Below, piece by piece: positions 1 to 9,581 of a stretch of DNA of 32,000 bases; position 1 is the first letter of the stretch; each line of letters opens with the position of its first letter. The DNA is from Mycolicibacterium smegmatis (GTDB lineage Bacteria > Actinomycetota > Actinomycetes > Mycobacteriales > Mycobacteriaceae): NCBI RefSeq assembly GCF_001457595.1, contig NZ_LN831039.1, forward strand, positions 4,110,001 to 4,142,000, given 5' to 3'. Both the position numbers and the translations under genes were made by a program. The notes under the pieces are model-generated. The model did not search any database. It was not told the origin of the DNA and was given only the letters and a program-made list of their open reading frames with translations.

Positions 1-144
1 GGCGTGTCCGGCGACGACTTGCGCTGGCTGATCCTCGGCGTCCACCACGCGGCCTCGATCAACATCGCGGGGTCGGGACGCCACACCCGCTATCTCACGA
101 TCGTGATGGACGGCCTTCGCCGGCCGGCGGTCGCAGACAGGTAA
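1..144 (+). CDS. C-terminal fragment of a probable TetR-family transcriptional regulator (5' truncated by window edge)
   Basis: Frame 1 is open from base 1 to TAA at 142-144; peptide ends ...RYLTIVMDGLRRPAVADR, resembling TetR C-terminal domain ends (RYLxxxxDGLR). Not in the supplied ORF track. Confidence 0.5.
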   Translation, partial: GVSGDDLRWLILGVHHAASINIAGSGRHTRYLTIVMDGLRRPAVADR

Positions 145-229
145 ACAGATCGGGCGGTGCACCCGAAACGGATGCACCGTCCGATCCTTCGTTGACGACG
201 ACGCGTTCCTCCAGTGATCTGGCGGGAAC

Positions 230-1513
<1,284 letters not shown>

Positions 1514-1570
1514 TCAAGCATTACCAGATGATCATCACCGCCGCCGACCACGCTGTCAACGGGAGCCAGC

Positions 1571-1617
1571 GGATAGATCATCCGTTTAAATTGACGTAAA
1601 TAACGGATGGATGATCC
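1571..1617. promoter_or_regulatory. Imperfect inverted repeat in divergent intergenic region (candidate operator)
   Basis: GGATAGATCATCCGTT (1571-1586) versus AACGGATGGATGATCC (1602-1617): 12/16 pairs, inner ATCCGTT/AACGGAT perfect. Confidence 0.45.
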
Positions 1618-1722
1618 GGTTGTGCGACTCGATAAATTGTCACGCAGTGCCTAATTGACCAGCAGGCGTGAGCATTTGATCACGCCTCCACTTCCATTTG
1701 ACAGCGTGGATACGGTGACCGA

Positions 1723-3453
1723 GTGATAACTGTCGCTGATCACATCGTCTCGGTTTTGCGAATTAGCGGGGTGCGTCGTGTGTACGGGCTTCCGGGGGAC
1801 AGTCTCAATGGGTTCACTGATGCGATTCGTCGTAGTGGTGAGATCAGTTGGGAGCATGTGCGTCATGAGGAGACCGCGGCGTTCGCTGCGGCGGCGGATG
1901 CGGGGTTGACCGGGCAGTTGGCGGTGTGTGCGGGCTCGTGTGGTCCGGGGAATCTCCATCTGATCAACGGGTTGTTCGACGCGCAGCGCTCGCGGGTGCC
2001 GGTGCTGGCGATCGCCGCGCACATCCCGCGCAGCGAGATCGGTTCGCAGTATTTCCAGGAGACCCACCCGCAAGAGTTGTTCGGTGAGTGCAGTGTCTAT
2101 TGCGAGTTGGTGAGCACTCCGGAGATGGCGCCGCGCATCCTGGCGATGGCGATGCGTGCCGCGGTCGAGGACAACGGGGTGGCCGTGGTGGTCATCCCCG
2201 GTGAGATCTTCTTGCAACGGATTCCCGAACAACCGGTGCGGCCGATCAGCGCGACGCGGTCGGTGTTGTGTCCGGATGAGGCGTCGCTGCAGCGGGCGGC
2301 GGATATGTTGAATGCCGCCGAGCGGGTCACCATCCTCGGCGGCGCCGGGGTGGCCGGTGCCCACGACGCGCTGGTGCAGCTCGCCGCGACGCTGCAGGCG
2401 CCGGTGGTGCATGCGTTGCGGGGCAAGGAGTTCATCGAGTACGACAACCCGTTCGATGTGGGGATGACCGGGTTGTTGGGGTTCGCCTCGGGCTACAAGG
2501 CGATCAAAGAGGCCGACACGCTGTTGATGCTGGGCACCGATTTTCCGTATCAGCAGTTCTATCCGGAGAACGCCACGGTGATCCAGGTCGATGTGCGCGG
2601 GGCGCATCTGGGCCGGCGCACCCCGATCGATCTGGGGTTGCGCGGCACCGTCGGCGACACCCTGGCCGCTTTGCAACCGTTGTTGCGGCCCAAGCACGAT
2701 CGCGAGCATCTGGATCGGGCGTTGCGCCACTACCGCAAGACCCGCGCGTCGTTGGATGCGTTGGCGGTCAACGATCGTGACCGCACCCCGATCCGCCCGG
2801 AATACCTCGCCGGGCTCATCGACCGCCTCGCCGCCGCGGATGCGGTGTTCACCTGTGATGTCGGCTCGCCGGTGGTGTGGGCCGCGCGCTATCTGTCGAT
2901 GAACGGCCGGCGCCGGCTGCTCGGGTCGTTCAACCACGGCACCATGGCCAACGCGCTGCCGCACGCGATCGGCGCCCAAAGCGCCTACCGGGGTCGGCAG
3001 GTGATCGCGCTGGCCGGTGACGGCGGGTTGACCATGCTCTTCGGGGAGTTGGTCACCTTGATCCAGAACCGGTTGCCGGTCAAGGTGATCGTGTTCAACA
3101 ACTCCTCGCTGAACTTCGTCGAGCTGGAGATGAAAGCCGCAGGCATCGTCACCTTCGGCACCGACCTGCAAAACCCCGACTTCGCCGCGGTGGCCACCGC
3201 GATGGGCATCTACGGCCGCCGCGTCACCGAACCCGCCGACCTCGAAGACGTCCTCAAAGAGGCCTTCGCCCACGACGGGCCCGCCGTCATCGACGTCCAC
3301 ACCGCCCGCCAAGAACTGTCCATCCCCCCAGCCATCACCATCGAACAAGCCAAAGGCTTCTCCCTCTACGCCATCCGCACCATCCTCGCCGGACGCAGCG
3401 ACGAACTACTCGACCTCATCACCACCAACGTCGCCCGACGCATCCTCGACTGA
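1723..3453 (+). CDS. poxB: Thiamine-pyrophosphate-dependent pyruvate oxidase/pyruvate dehydrogenase (quinone)-like, acetolactate synthase superfamily
   Basis: 576 aa; RRVYGLPGDSLNG, EETAAFAAAADAGLTGQLAVCAGSCGPGNLHLINGL, ThDP-binding GDGGLTMLFGEL...FNNSSLNFVE. Confidence 0.88.
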   Translation: MITVADHIVSVLRISGVRRVYGLPGDSLNGFTDAIRRSGEISWEHVRHEETAAFAAAADAGLTGQLAVCAGSCGPGNLHLINGLFDAQRSRVPVLAIAAHIPRSEIGSQYFQETHPQELFGECSVYCELVSTPEMAPRILAMAMRAAVEDNGVAVVVIPGEIFLQRIPEQPVRPISATRSVLCPDEASLQRAADMLNAAERVTILGGAGVAGAHDALVQLAATLQAPVVHALRGKEFIEYDNPFDVGMTGLLGFASGYKAIKEADTLLMLGTDFPYQQFYPENATVIQVDVRGAHLGRRTPIDLGLRGTVGDTLAALQPLLRPKHDREHLDRALRHYRKTRASLDALAVNDRDRTPIRPEYLAGLIDRLAAADAVFTCDVGSPVVWAARYLSMNGRRRLLGSFNHGTMANALPHAIGAQSAYRGRQVIALAGDGGLTMLFGELVTLIQNRLPVKVIVFNNSSLNFVELEMKAAGIVTFGTDLQNPDFAAVATAMGIYGRRVTEPADLEDVLKEAFAHDGPAVIDVHTARQELSIPPAITIEQAKGFSLYAIRTILAGRSDELLDLITTNVARRILD

Positions 3454-3468
3454 CCCGAAGGAGTGAAC

Positions 3469-3756
3469 ATGTCCATCCGTACGAGGCGCCGAATCGCGAT
3501 CCTCGCCGGAACCCTGACCGTCACAGCGCTCTTCGCTGTCGGATGTCAGAGCAGCACGGAGCAAGAACCGTCACCCCCATCGACAACCACGACGACAACC
3601 ACGACGACGACAACCCCTGCGCCGACCACCACACCTGCGCCGCCTGCGCCGACCGAGAAAGGCCTCAGCCCCACCGGTGGCAACCTGTTCACCCCAGAGG
3701 TCAAGGCACCACCGGCGCCCACGGAACCGCCTGGGGTACACCGCCACAAGAATTGA
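3469..3756 (+). CDS. Small secreted lipoprotein with poly-Thr/Pro-rich linker and PTGGNLFTP motif
   Basis: ATG at 3469 preceded by GAAGGAG; signal peptide with lipobox-like LFAVGC; C-terminus PTEKGLSPTGGNLFTPEVKAPPAPTEPPGVHRHKN. Confidence 0.75.
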   Translation: MSIRTRRRIAILAGTLTVTALFAVGCQSSTEQEPSPPSTTTTTTTTTTTPAPTTTPAPPAPTEKGLSPTGGNLFTPEVKAPPAPTEPPGVHRHKN

Positions 3757-3784
3757 TCCCGCACGCACAGACAGGAGTTCGACC

Positions 3785-4096
3785 ATGCTCGTCCATCGTT
3801 TCGATCGACGCGTGCTCGTCGCGTGCGCGGGTGCCGCGCTGATCGCGATGACCGCCGCCTGCGGTGACGGCGACACCTCTACCCCACCGACGTCCGGGCC
3901 GACGTCCGAGGAGACGTCGGTGACGACCACCACGACCACGGCGCCGTCCAGCGCCCCACCGGAGCCTGCCCCACCGGCGCCCACCGAGAAGAGCATCGAT
4001 CCCACGGGTGGCAATCTGTTCACCCCGGGAGTTCATGCCCCTGCGGCACCCACCGTTCCGCCGGGCCAACATCCAGGGCTGCACGGCATTCCGTGA
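3785..4096 (+). CDS. Second small lipoprotein, tandem paralog of the preceding one
   Basis: ATG 3785 preceded by AGGAG; LIAMTAAC lipobox; C-terminus PTEKSIDPTGGNLFTPGVHAPAAPTVPPGQHPGLHGIP aligns with the upstream gene. Confidence 0.75.
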   Translation: MLVHRFDRRVLVACAGAALIAMTAACGDGDTSTPPTSGPTSEETSVTTTTTTAPSSAPPEPAPPAPTEKSIDPTGGNLFTPGVHAPAAPTVPPGQHPGLHGIP

Positions 4097-4109
4097 GTGG
4101 TCCGCGGAC

Positions 4110-4802
4110 TCATCCGAGTCGGCGGGTGGGCCACCGCGACAGATCCGCCTCAAGCACCTCGGGATCCCGTTCGGAGAACACCTCCGCGGTGATCTCGAGG
4201 TGCCGGATGCGGTTGAGCTGAAATCCGCGGATGCCCTCGCGGAGCCGACACCATCCCACGAACAGCCACGCGTCGCCTCCGCGCAGCAGACCCATCGCCT
4301 CCACATCACGGGTGGTGCGCGTCTCGCCGTCCTCGGAGGTGTATTCCAACCGCACGACTCGGCGCGCGGCGATCGCCTCCGGGATCAAAGAGACCGCCGC
4401 CTCGGACGGTGATGGGGCGTCGATGACGAACATGGATGCCAGCGCCTCATCGATAGGCGCGAGTTGATCCTCGCGGCTGATCGCGAGGATCTTCGCCCGT
4501 GCCCGACGCGCCGCGGCGCCGTACGGCGAGGTCTCCAGCAAGCCGAGCCCCGTGAGCACCGCCAACGACTCCGGCACAGTCAGATTCAACGGCGGCAGCG
4601 AATGTTCCCGCAGAATCGAATACCCGCCGGACACACCATGGTCGGCATAGATGGGCACCCCGGCGAGTTGAAGGGATTGAATGTCGCGCTCGATCGTGCG
4701 CTTCGACACCCCGAACTCCTCGGCGATCCGGGCGGCCGACAACGGTTTGCGCGATCCGCGCAGCAGATCAACCAACGCGTACAACCGTTCGGCTCTCCTC
4801 AC
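4110..4802 (-). CDS. HTH/WYL-domain (YafY/DeoR-like) transcriptional regulator
   Basis: MRRAERLYALVDLLRGSRKPLSAARIAEEFGVSKRTIERDIQSLQLAGVPIYADHGVSGGYSI... plus C-terminal WYL-like region. Confidence 0.9.
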   Translation of the reverse strand: MRRAERLYALVDLLRGSRKPLSAARIAEEFGVSKRTIERDIQSLQLAGVPIYADHGVSGGYSILREHSLPPLNLTVPESLAVLTGLGLLETSPYGAAARRARAKILAISREDQLAPIDEALASMFVIDAPSPSEAAVSLIPEAIAARRVVRLEYTSEDGETRTTRDVEAMGLLRGGDAWLFVGWCRLREGIRGFQLNRIRHLEITAEVFSERDPEVLEADLSRWPTRRLG

Positions 4803-4823
4803 GCAGTCGAGTCTCCCCTGACC

Positions 4824-5246
4824 TCACACCGAATGTGTTCGTGTCCCGGTCGTCGACCACACCTCGCGGATCAGCCCGTTCTCGGTGAAGTCGAAGACGT
4901 CGATCCCGCCCACGGCAACCTCCCCGTCTTGCACGTTCCACAACATCCTCCCGTGGGCGCCGTCGACGGCACGCGACACCTCGGTGAACACCACTCTCGG
5001 GTGGCGGACGCGCCACCGTTCCAGAAAGCGGGCGAAGCTCTCTGCGCCGAGTACATCGTCACCCGGGTTCGACCCGTCCGAATCGGAGATCAAGAAGTGA
5101 ATCCGGAAATCGTCGCTGCAGATCCGACGTGCGATCCTGCTGTCCGAGTTCCACATCCGCAGCCACACAGCGAGTGCCGCATCGGCAACAGCCGCGTTGA
5201 TGTCCAGCGTGTTCGTGTTGTCGTCCATGGCACCAGGATCAGACAC
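4824..5246 (-). CDS. SnoaL-like/NTF2-fold domain protein
   Basis: About 140 aa with NTF2-like pattern (VADAALAVWLRMWNSD...FRIHF...FLERWRVRHPRVVFTEV...GLIREVWS); start may be ATG 5228. Confidence 0.65.
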   Translation of the reverse strand: MSDPGAMDDNTNTLDINAAVADAALAVWLRMWNSDSRIARRICSDDFRIHFLISDSDGSNPGDDVLGAESFARFLERWRVRHPRVVFTEVSRAVDGAHGRMLWNVQDGEVAVGGIDVFDFTENGLIREVWSTTGTRTHSV

Positions 5247-5277
5247 CGTCGCGACAACGGTATGTCGGTGTTTGCCC

Positions 5278-6681
5278 TCAGATGCCCGGATGCTGGTTTC
5301 GAACGGGACTGACCGACTCGAGCAGGGACGCCAGATTCAGAACTGTGGATTCTGCAAGCCAAGTGGAGATCAGTTGCACATTGATCGGCAGCCCAGCGCT
5401 GCTGGTGCCGAAACGTAGCGACAGCGCCGGCAGCCCGGTGACGTTGAACGGCACGGTGGCGCCCATGATGTAGGTTGCGTCCACCGTTTGGCCGTTGATG
5501 TCGAATTCCTTGGCGCGATGCTCGTGTGCAGGAACGGGAAGGACTGGGGCCAGCAGCGCGTCGTAGCGGCTGAAGTAGTCGGCGAACCCGTCGCGCAGAC
5601 GTTCACCGGCCTGTTCGGCTTCGACGAAGTCCTGTATGGACGTATCCGGTGTTGCCAGAATACGTTTGGAGATGGCGAACAGTTCCTCGTCGCCGCGTCC
5701 GGCAGTGGCCTCGGCGAAGGCAGGTTTGAGTTCCATGACGTGCAGACGCATGAAGACATCGAGGGCGAAGTCCCGTTCCAATGCCGGGATGCGCACCGGT
5801 TCCACGGCGAGGCCGATACTGCTCAGTGCCTCGGCCGCCGCGCGCACGGTCGCAGCGACCTCGGCGTCGATGGGCCCGAACCCTGGTTCGACCAGCCAAC
5901 CGACCCGCAGCGAATCAACGGCAGCGGTTCCCGCGTCGAATCGGACAGGGCTGATGGCGAACGCATCGGCTCCGTCGGGGCCGGCCAATAGCTCGTAGGC
6001 CAGGGCGAGGTCGCGGACCGTGCGCGCCATCGGACCGACGTGCCAGAAACGGCGCGGTACCCGGGGCCAGACACCGGTCATCGGGATACGGCCGTGGGTG
6101 GCCTTGAGAGCGGCAATTCCGGTCTGGGCAGCGGGGCCTCGCACCGAGATTGCCAGGTCGGTGCCCAGACCCAGCGGCGACAATCCGGCGGCGATCGCGG
6201 CCGATTCGCCGCCACTGGAGCCACCGGGGGTGCGATCGAGATTCCACGGGTTGTTCGATCGGCCCGTGAGCAGGTTGTCGGTCTCGGTGGAATAGGAGAA
6301 CTCGGGCAAGTTGGTCTTGGCCAGCACGATCGCACCGGCCGCCTTCAGTCGGGCCACGCTGACCGCGTCGGTCTGCGGGATGCGTCCGGCGAAGATCGGC
6401 GAACCTCGCTGCGTCAGCACGTCGGCGGTGTCGATGGAATCCTTGACGGTGAACGGCACACCGTGGAGCGGCGGCAGATCGTCGCCGCGCATGACCGCGG
6501 CTTCGGCGGATCTTGCCTGGGCGAGCGCCCTTTCGGCCACGGTGACGATCGCATTGATCTTGGGATTGACCGCCTCGATGCGGTCCAGGTGCGCCTGCAC
6601 CACCTCAACGGGTGACAGTTGACGCGAGCGGATGAGCTCCGCGAGTCCGGTGGCGTCGGAATAGATGATGTCAGTGCTCAC
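5278..6681 (-). CDS. Amidase (amidase signature family)
   Basis: 467 aa; catalytic signature PFTVKDSIDT...NLPEFSYSTETDN...NPWNLDRTPGGSSGGESAAIAAG. Confidence 0.95.
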   Translation of the reverse strand: MSTDIIYSDATGLAELIRSRQLSPVEVVQAHLDRIEAVNPKINAIVTVAERALAQARSAEAAVMRGDDLPPLHGVPFTVKDSIDTADVLTQRGSPIFAGRIPQTDAVSVARLKAAGAIVLAKTNLPEFSYSTETDNLLTGRSNNPWNLDRTPGGSSGGESAAIAAGLSPLGLGTDLAISVRGPAAQTGIAALKATHGRIPMTGVWPRVPRRFWHVGPMARTVRDLALAYELLAGPDGADAFAISPVRFDAGTAAVDSLRVGWLVEPGFGPIDAEVAATVRAAAEALSSIGLAVEPVRIPALERDFALDVFMRLHVMELKPAFAEATAGRGDEELFAISKRILATPDTSIQDFVEAEQAGERLRDGFADYFSRYDALLAPVLPVPAHEHRAKEFDINGQTVDATYIMGATVPFNVTGLPALSLRFGTSSAGLPINVQLISTWLAESTVLNLASLLESVSPVRNQHPGI

Positions 6682-6745
6682 CTCGGTTGCCTTTCACGAA
6701 CAGTTGGTACTGCCCCAGCCTCGGCCTCCACTCCTCCCCGTGACA

Positions 6746-6772
6746 ACACCGTTCAGGTTTTCTGAACAATGT
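6746..6772. promoter_or_regulatory. LysR-type operator (T-N11-A box) between amidase and LysR genes
   Basis: Perfect core GTTCAG-gtttt-CTGAAC (6751-6767), extending to ACACCGTTCAG/CTGAACAATGT with 9/11 paired. Confidence 0.6.
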
Positions 6773-6788
6773 CGTGCACACTTGTGTG

Positions 6789-7604
6789 ATGACGACCCTC
6801 GACATCACCGTGCTTCGGACATTCGTCGCGGTGACCGCATTCGGCGGAGTGCGACGCGCCGCACAGGCGCTGCACCTGTCGCCTGCTGCCGTCAGCAGCC
6901 ACGTCCGCCGCCTCGAACGTGAACTGGGATGCCGGCTGGTCACCGCTCAGGGTCGCGGTATCGGTCTGACCATCGACGGGGAGGAACTGGCCTCCCGGGC
7001 GCGAATGATCCTGCAGGAACACGACGACACCGTGTACGCGCTGCAACGACCCCGCGACGACCAGCTTGTCGTCGCCGCGAGTGAGCACGCCGCAGAGTCG
7101 CTGGTGCCCACGGTGGTCTCGACGTTGAGCGAGGCCTATCCCGACCACGAAATCACGCTGCGGCTCAACCGAAGTGAGCGTGTGCGTCAACTCGCCGACG
7201 ACGCGCGTGCCGATGTCGGGATCATGCTCACCCGGTCCGGACACGCGGGAGTCAAGGTGGCCGCCCTGCCCCTGCAGTGGTTCGGCACGGAAACCGCCAG
7301 ACGAGACCGCATCGTCCTGTTCGCGCGTCCCTGCGCCATCCGTGACCCGGCCACCGCGTCACTGACTGGTCTCCCCTACCGAATCGTCAAGGAGGCCGTG
7401 GATCTGACCTGCCTTCTCACCGCCGTGCGGCAGGGCTACGGAGTCACGCCGCTGCCACGCACCGGTCCCCTGCCCGAAGGTCTCCGTCACATCACCGATC
7501 TCCCCGGCATTCCCAGCGTGAACCTCTACCTGACCACCAGCAGCCGCATCGACCTGCACGTTCGCACCGCGCTACTCGAGGCGTTGCGCACCGCCATCCA
7601 GTGA
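6789..7604 (+). CDS. LysR-family transcriptional regulator
   Basis: MTTLDITVLRTFVAVTAFGGVRRAAQALHLSPAAVSSHVRRLERELGCRLVTAQGRG: typical LysR N-terminal HTH. Confidence 0.92.
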   Translation: MTTLDITVLRTFVAVTAFGGVRRAAQALHLSPAAVSSHVRRLERELGCRLVTAQGRGIGLTIDGEELASRARMILQEHDDTVYALQRPRDDQLVVAASEHAAESLVPTVVSTLSEAYPDHEITLRLNRSERVRQLADDARADVGIMLTRSGHAGVKVAALPLQWFGTETARRDRIVLFARPCAIRDPATASLTGLPYRIVKEAVDLTCLLTAVRQGYGVTPLPRTGPLPEGLRHITDLPGIPSVNLYLTTSSRIDLHVRTALLEALRTAIQ

Positions 7605-7610
7605 TGCCGA

Positions 7611-9581
7611 TCAGTCCCAGTGCGAAGCCGCACGCACGTGGAGCAAGTCGCGGAACTGTTTGGTGGTGTTCGGCAGCAGTTCGCCGGTTCCCCAGTCGAC
7701 GATGACGCCGTAGCGGCGCAGCAGATCGAAGGTGTCGAGCTCGCCGTCGCGGAACCGCTCGGCGACCTCCTCGGGATCGGTGTCGAGCCACTTCCTGCGC
7801 GCTGCCCTGATTTCAGTGCGCAGCGCTTCGGTTGCGCCACGGTCGATCTCGTACTCGTCGATCTCCAGGTCGATCGGCGTGATCACCACGCCGTAGTCGC
7901 GCGCGGCGCCGGCGATGGTCACGTATCCGTCGATCACGTCCTCCAGGACCTCTTCGGGTGCACGCCTGAGAGGGTCACCGAGTCCGCCGCCGCCTGCCGA
8001 CGGCCGCTCGAAGGTGTCGCCCGCCTGCACCGCAACGTTGGAGAACACCGAACCGAGGAACTGTTCTTCGGCCGTTCCACGATTGAGCCAGACGCCGTGC
8101 GGGATGGACGGCAGCCCACCTTCGATACCCCAGGTGACCGAGCGGGAGCGGTCGCAGCAGTACGACATGACGGTGTTCTCGCAGTCGGTCAGTGTGCCGC
8201 CCTTGGTCACGCCGCAGCCCCCGCGGTGCAAGCCTGGACCGCCGGAGTCAGGGATGATCGCGTGCTTGGTCGTCAGCACGGGCGTCAGGCGTTCCTGCCC
8301 CTCGCACGGCTGGACGGCCAGCCCCACGCCGAACACGGGTGCCGTGGCCGTGGAACCGTCCTTGGTGCTGCGGCCTCCCCAGCCGCCTGCCATCCAGTCG
8401 TACCACATGAAGAACGGACGATCGTCGCCACGGGCGTCACGGCCGCCGACGAGGAGGTACTCGAGGTTGAACGAGCACGCGATCGCACGTTCGGGCATGA
8501 TTCCCGACCACAACTCGAAGATGGCGTTCATGATCTTCTCGTATGGGCCGGAACAGAATCCGGTCACCGCCACCGGCCATCCGGCGTTGACGACGGTGCC
8601 TTCGGGTCCGATGTCGGTGGTGATGGCGGCATACAGTCCCGAGTTGAGCGGCACGTCGGGGAAGAAGGTCTTGGTCCCCGCGACGATGCCCGAGAAGGCG
8701 GTGCCGTAGCCACAGTTGAGGAAGCTCGCAACGGCCGGGGCGCTACCGGAGAGGTCGTAGCTCAGCTGGTCGCCCTTGATCGTCATCTTGACCCGGATCG
8801 GCACCATCCCTTCGGGTTTGGAGGGATCGGAATCGAGGAAATCCTCGGTCACCCACTCGCCGTCGGGAAGGTCCGCGACGCGCTGACGGACGATGCGCTC
8901 GACGTAGTCCTGGACCTCGGCCATCGCTTCGACCACCGTCTCGCGACCGTACTTGGCCACCAGACGGTGAATCTCGCGCTCGCACACGCCGGTTGCCTCG
9001 GCCTGTGCGTGCAGGTCGCCCATGCTGATCTCCGGCGCGCGTGTGTTGGCCACCAGCAGCTTGGCGACATCCCCGAGGAACCGGCCCTCGTGCCAGATGC
9101 GCACAGGAGTGATCCGCAGACCTTCGGCGAAGTGCTCGGTGGCGGTGACGTCGAACGACCCCGGCACGCTGCCGCCGATATCGGCCCAGTGGCCCTTGTT
9201 CTGGGCGAACCCGATCAACTCATTGTCGGCGAAGATCGGCCGGATGAAGCTGACGTCGTTGAGGTGCGTACCGCCACGGTACGGGTCGTTGACGCAGAAC
9301 ACGTCACCGGGATTGATGTCACCGCTGAACTCCTCGAGCACGGCCTTGCACTGGAAGTGCAGTGTTCCGACGTGTACCGCGATGTCCTGGCTGCCCTGCA
9401 TCACGGTGTTGCCCTGTGCGTCGCACAGCGCAGACGAGAAGTCGCGGCTGTAGATGACAAACGAGTAGCAGGTGCGCAGGATCTGCTCACTCATGAGGTC
9501 GACGGACGTCACGAACGCGTTCTTGAGGACCTCGAAGGTGACCGGGTCGAGGCGCCGGCGGGTGGTGGTTGCGACGGTCAC
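7611..9581 (-). CDS. hyuB: Hydantoinase B/oxoprolinase family protein (HyuB)
   Basis: RLDPVTFEVLKNAFVTSVDLMSEQILRTCYS..., GDVFCVNDPYRGGTHLNDV, GGVTKGG; GTG start at 9581 downstream of AGGAG and overlapping the hyuA stop. Confidence 0.93.
   Translation of the reverse strand: MTVATTTRRRLDPVTFEVLKNAFVTSVDLMSEQILRTCYSFVIYSRDFSSALCDAQGNTVMQGSQDIAVHVGTLHFQCKAVLEEFSGDINPGDVFCVNDPYRGGTHLNDVSFIRPIFADNELIGFAQNKGHWADIGGSVPGSFDVTATEHFAEGLRITPVRIWHEGRFLGDVAKLLVANTRAPEISMGDLHAQAEATGVCEREIHRLVAKYGRETVVEAMAEVQDYVERIVRQRVADLPDGEWVTEDFLDSDPSKPEGMVPIRVKMTIKGDQLSYDLSGSAPAVASFLNCGYGTAFSGIVAGTKTFFPDVPLNSGLYAAITTDIGPEGTVVNAGWPVAVTGFCSGPYEKIMNAIFELWSGIMPERAIACSFNLEYLLVGGRDARGDDRPFFMWYDWMAGGWGGRSTKDGSTATAPVFGVGLAVQPCEGQERLTPVLTTKHAIIPDSGGPGLHRGGCGVTKGGTLTDCENTVMSYCCDRSRSVTWGIEGGLPSIPHGVWLNRGTAEEQFLGSVFSNVAVQAGDTFERPSAGGGGLGDPLRRAPEEVLEDVIDGYVTIAGAARDYGVVITPIDLEIDEYEIDRGATEALRTEIRAARRKWLDTDPEEVAERFRDGELDTFDLLRRYGVIVDWGTGELLPNTTKQFRDLLHVRAASHWD

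Noticed and set aside
1651-3348. 565-aa minus-strand ORF antisense to the pyruvate oxidase-like gene
   Set aside because: High-GC shadow ORF; the plus frame has clear ThDP-enzyme motifs, while this one is Arg/His/Asp-rich with no recognisable domain.
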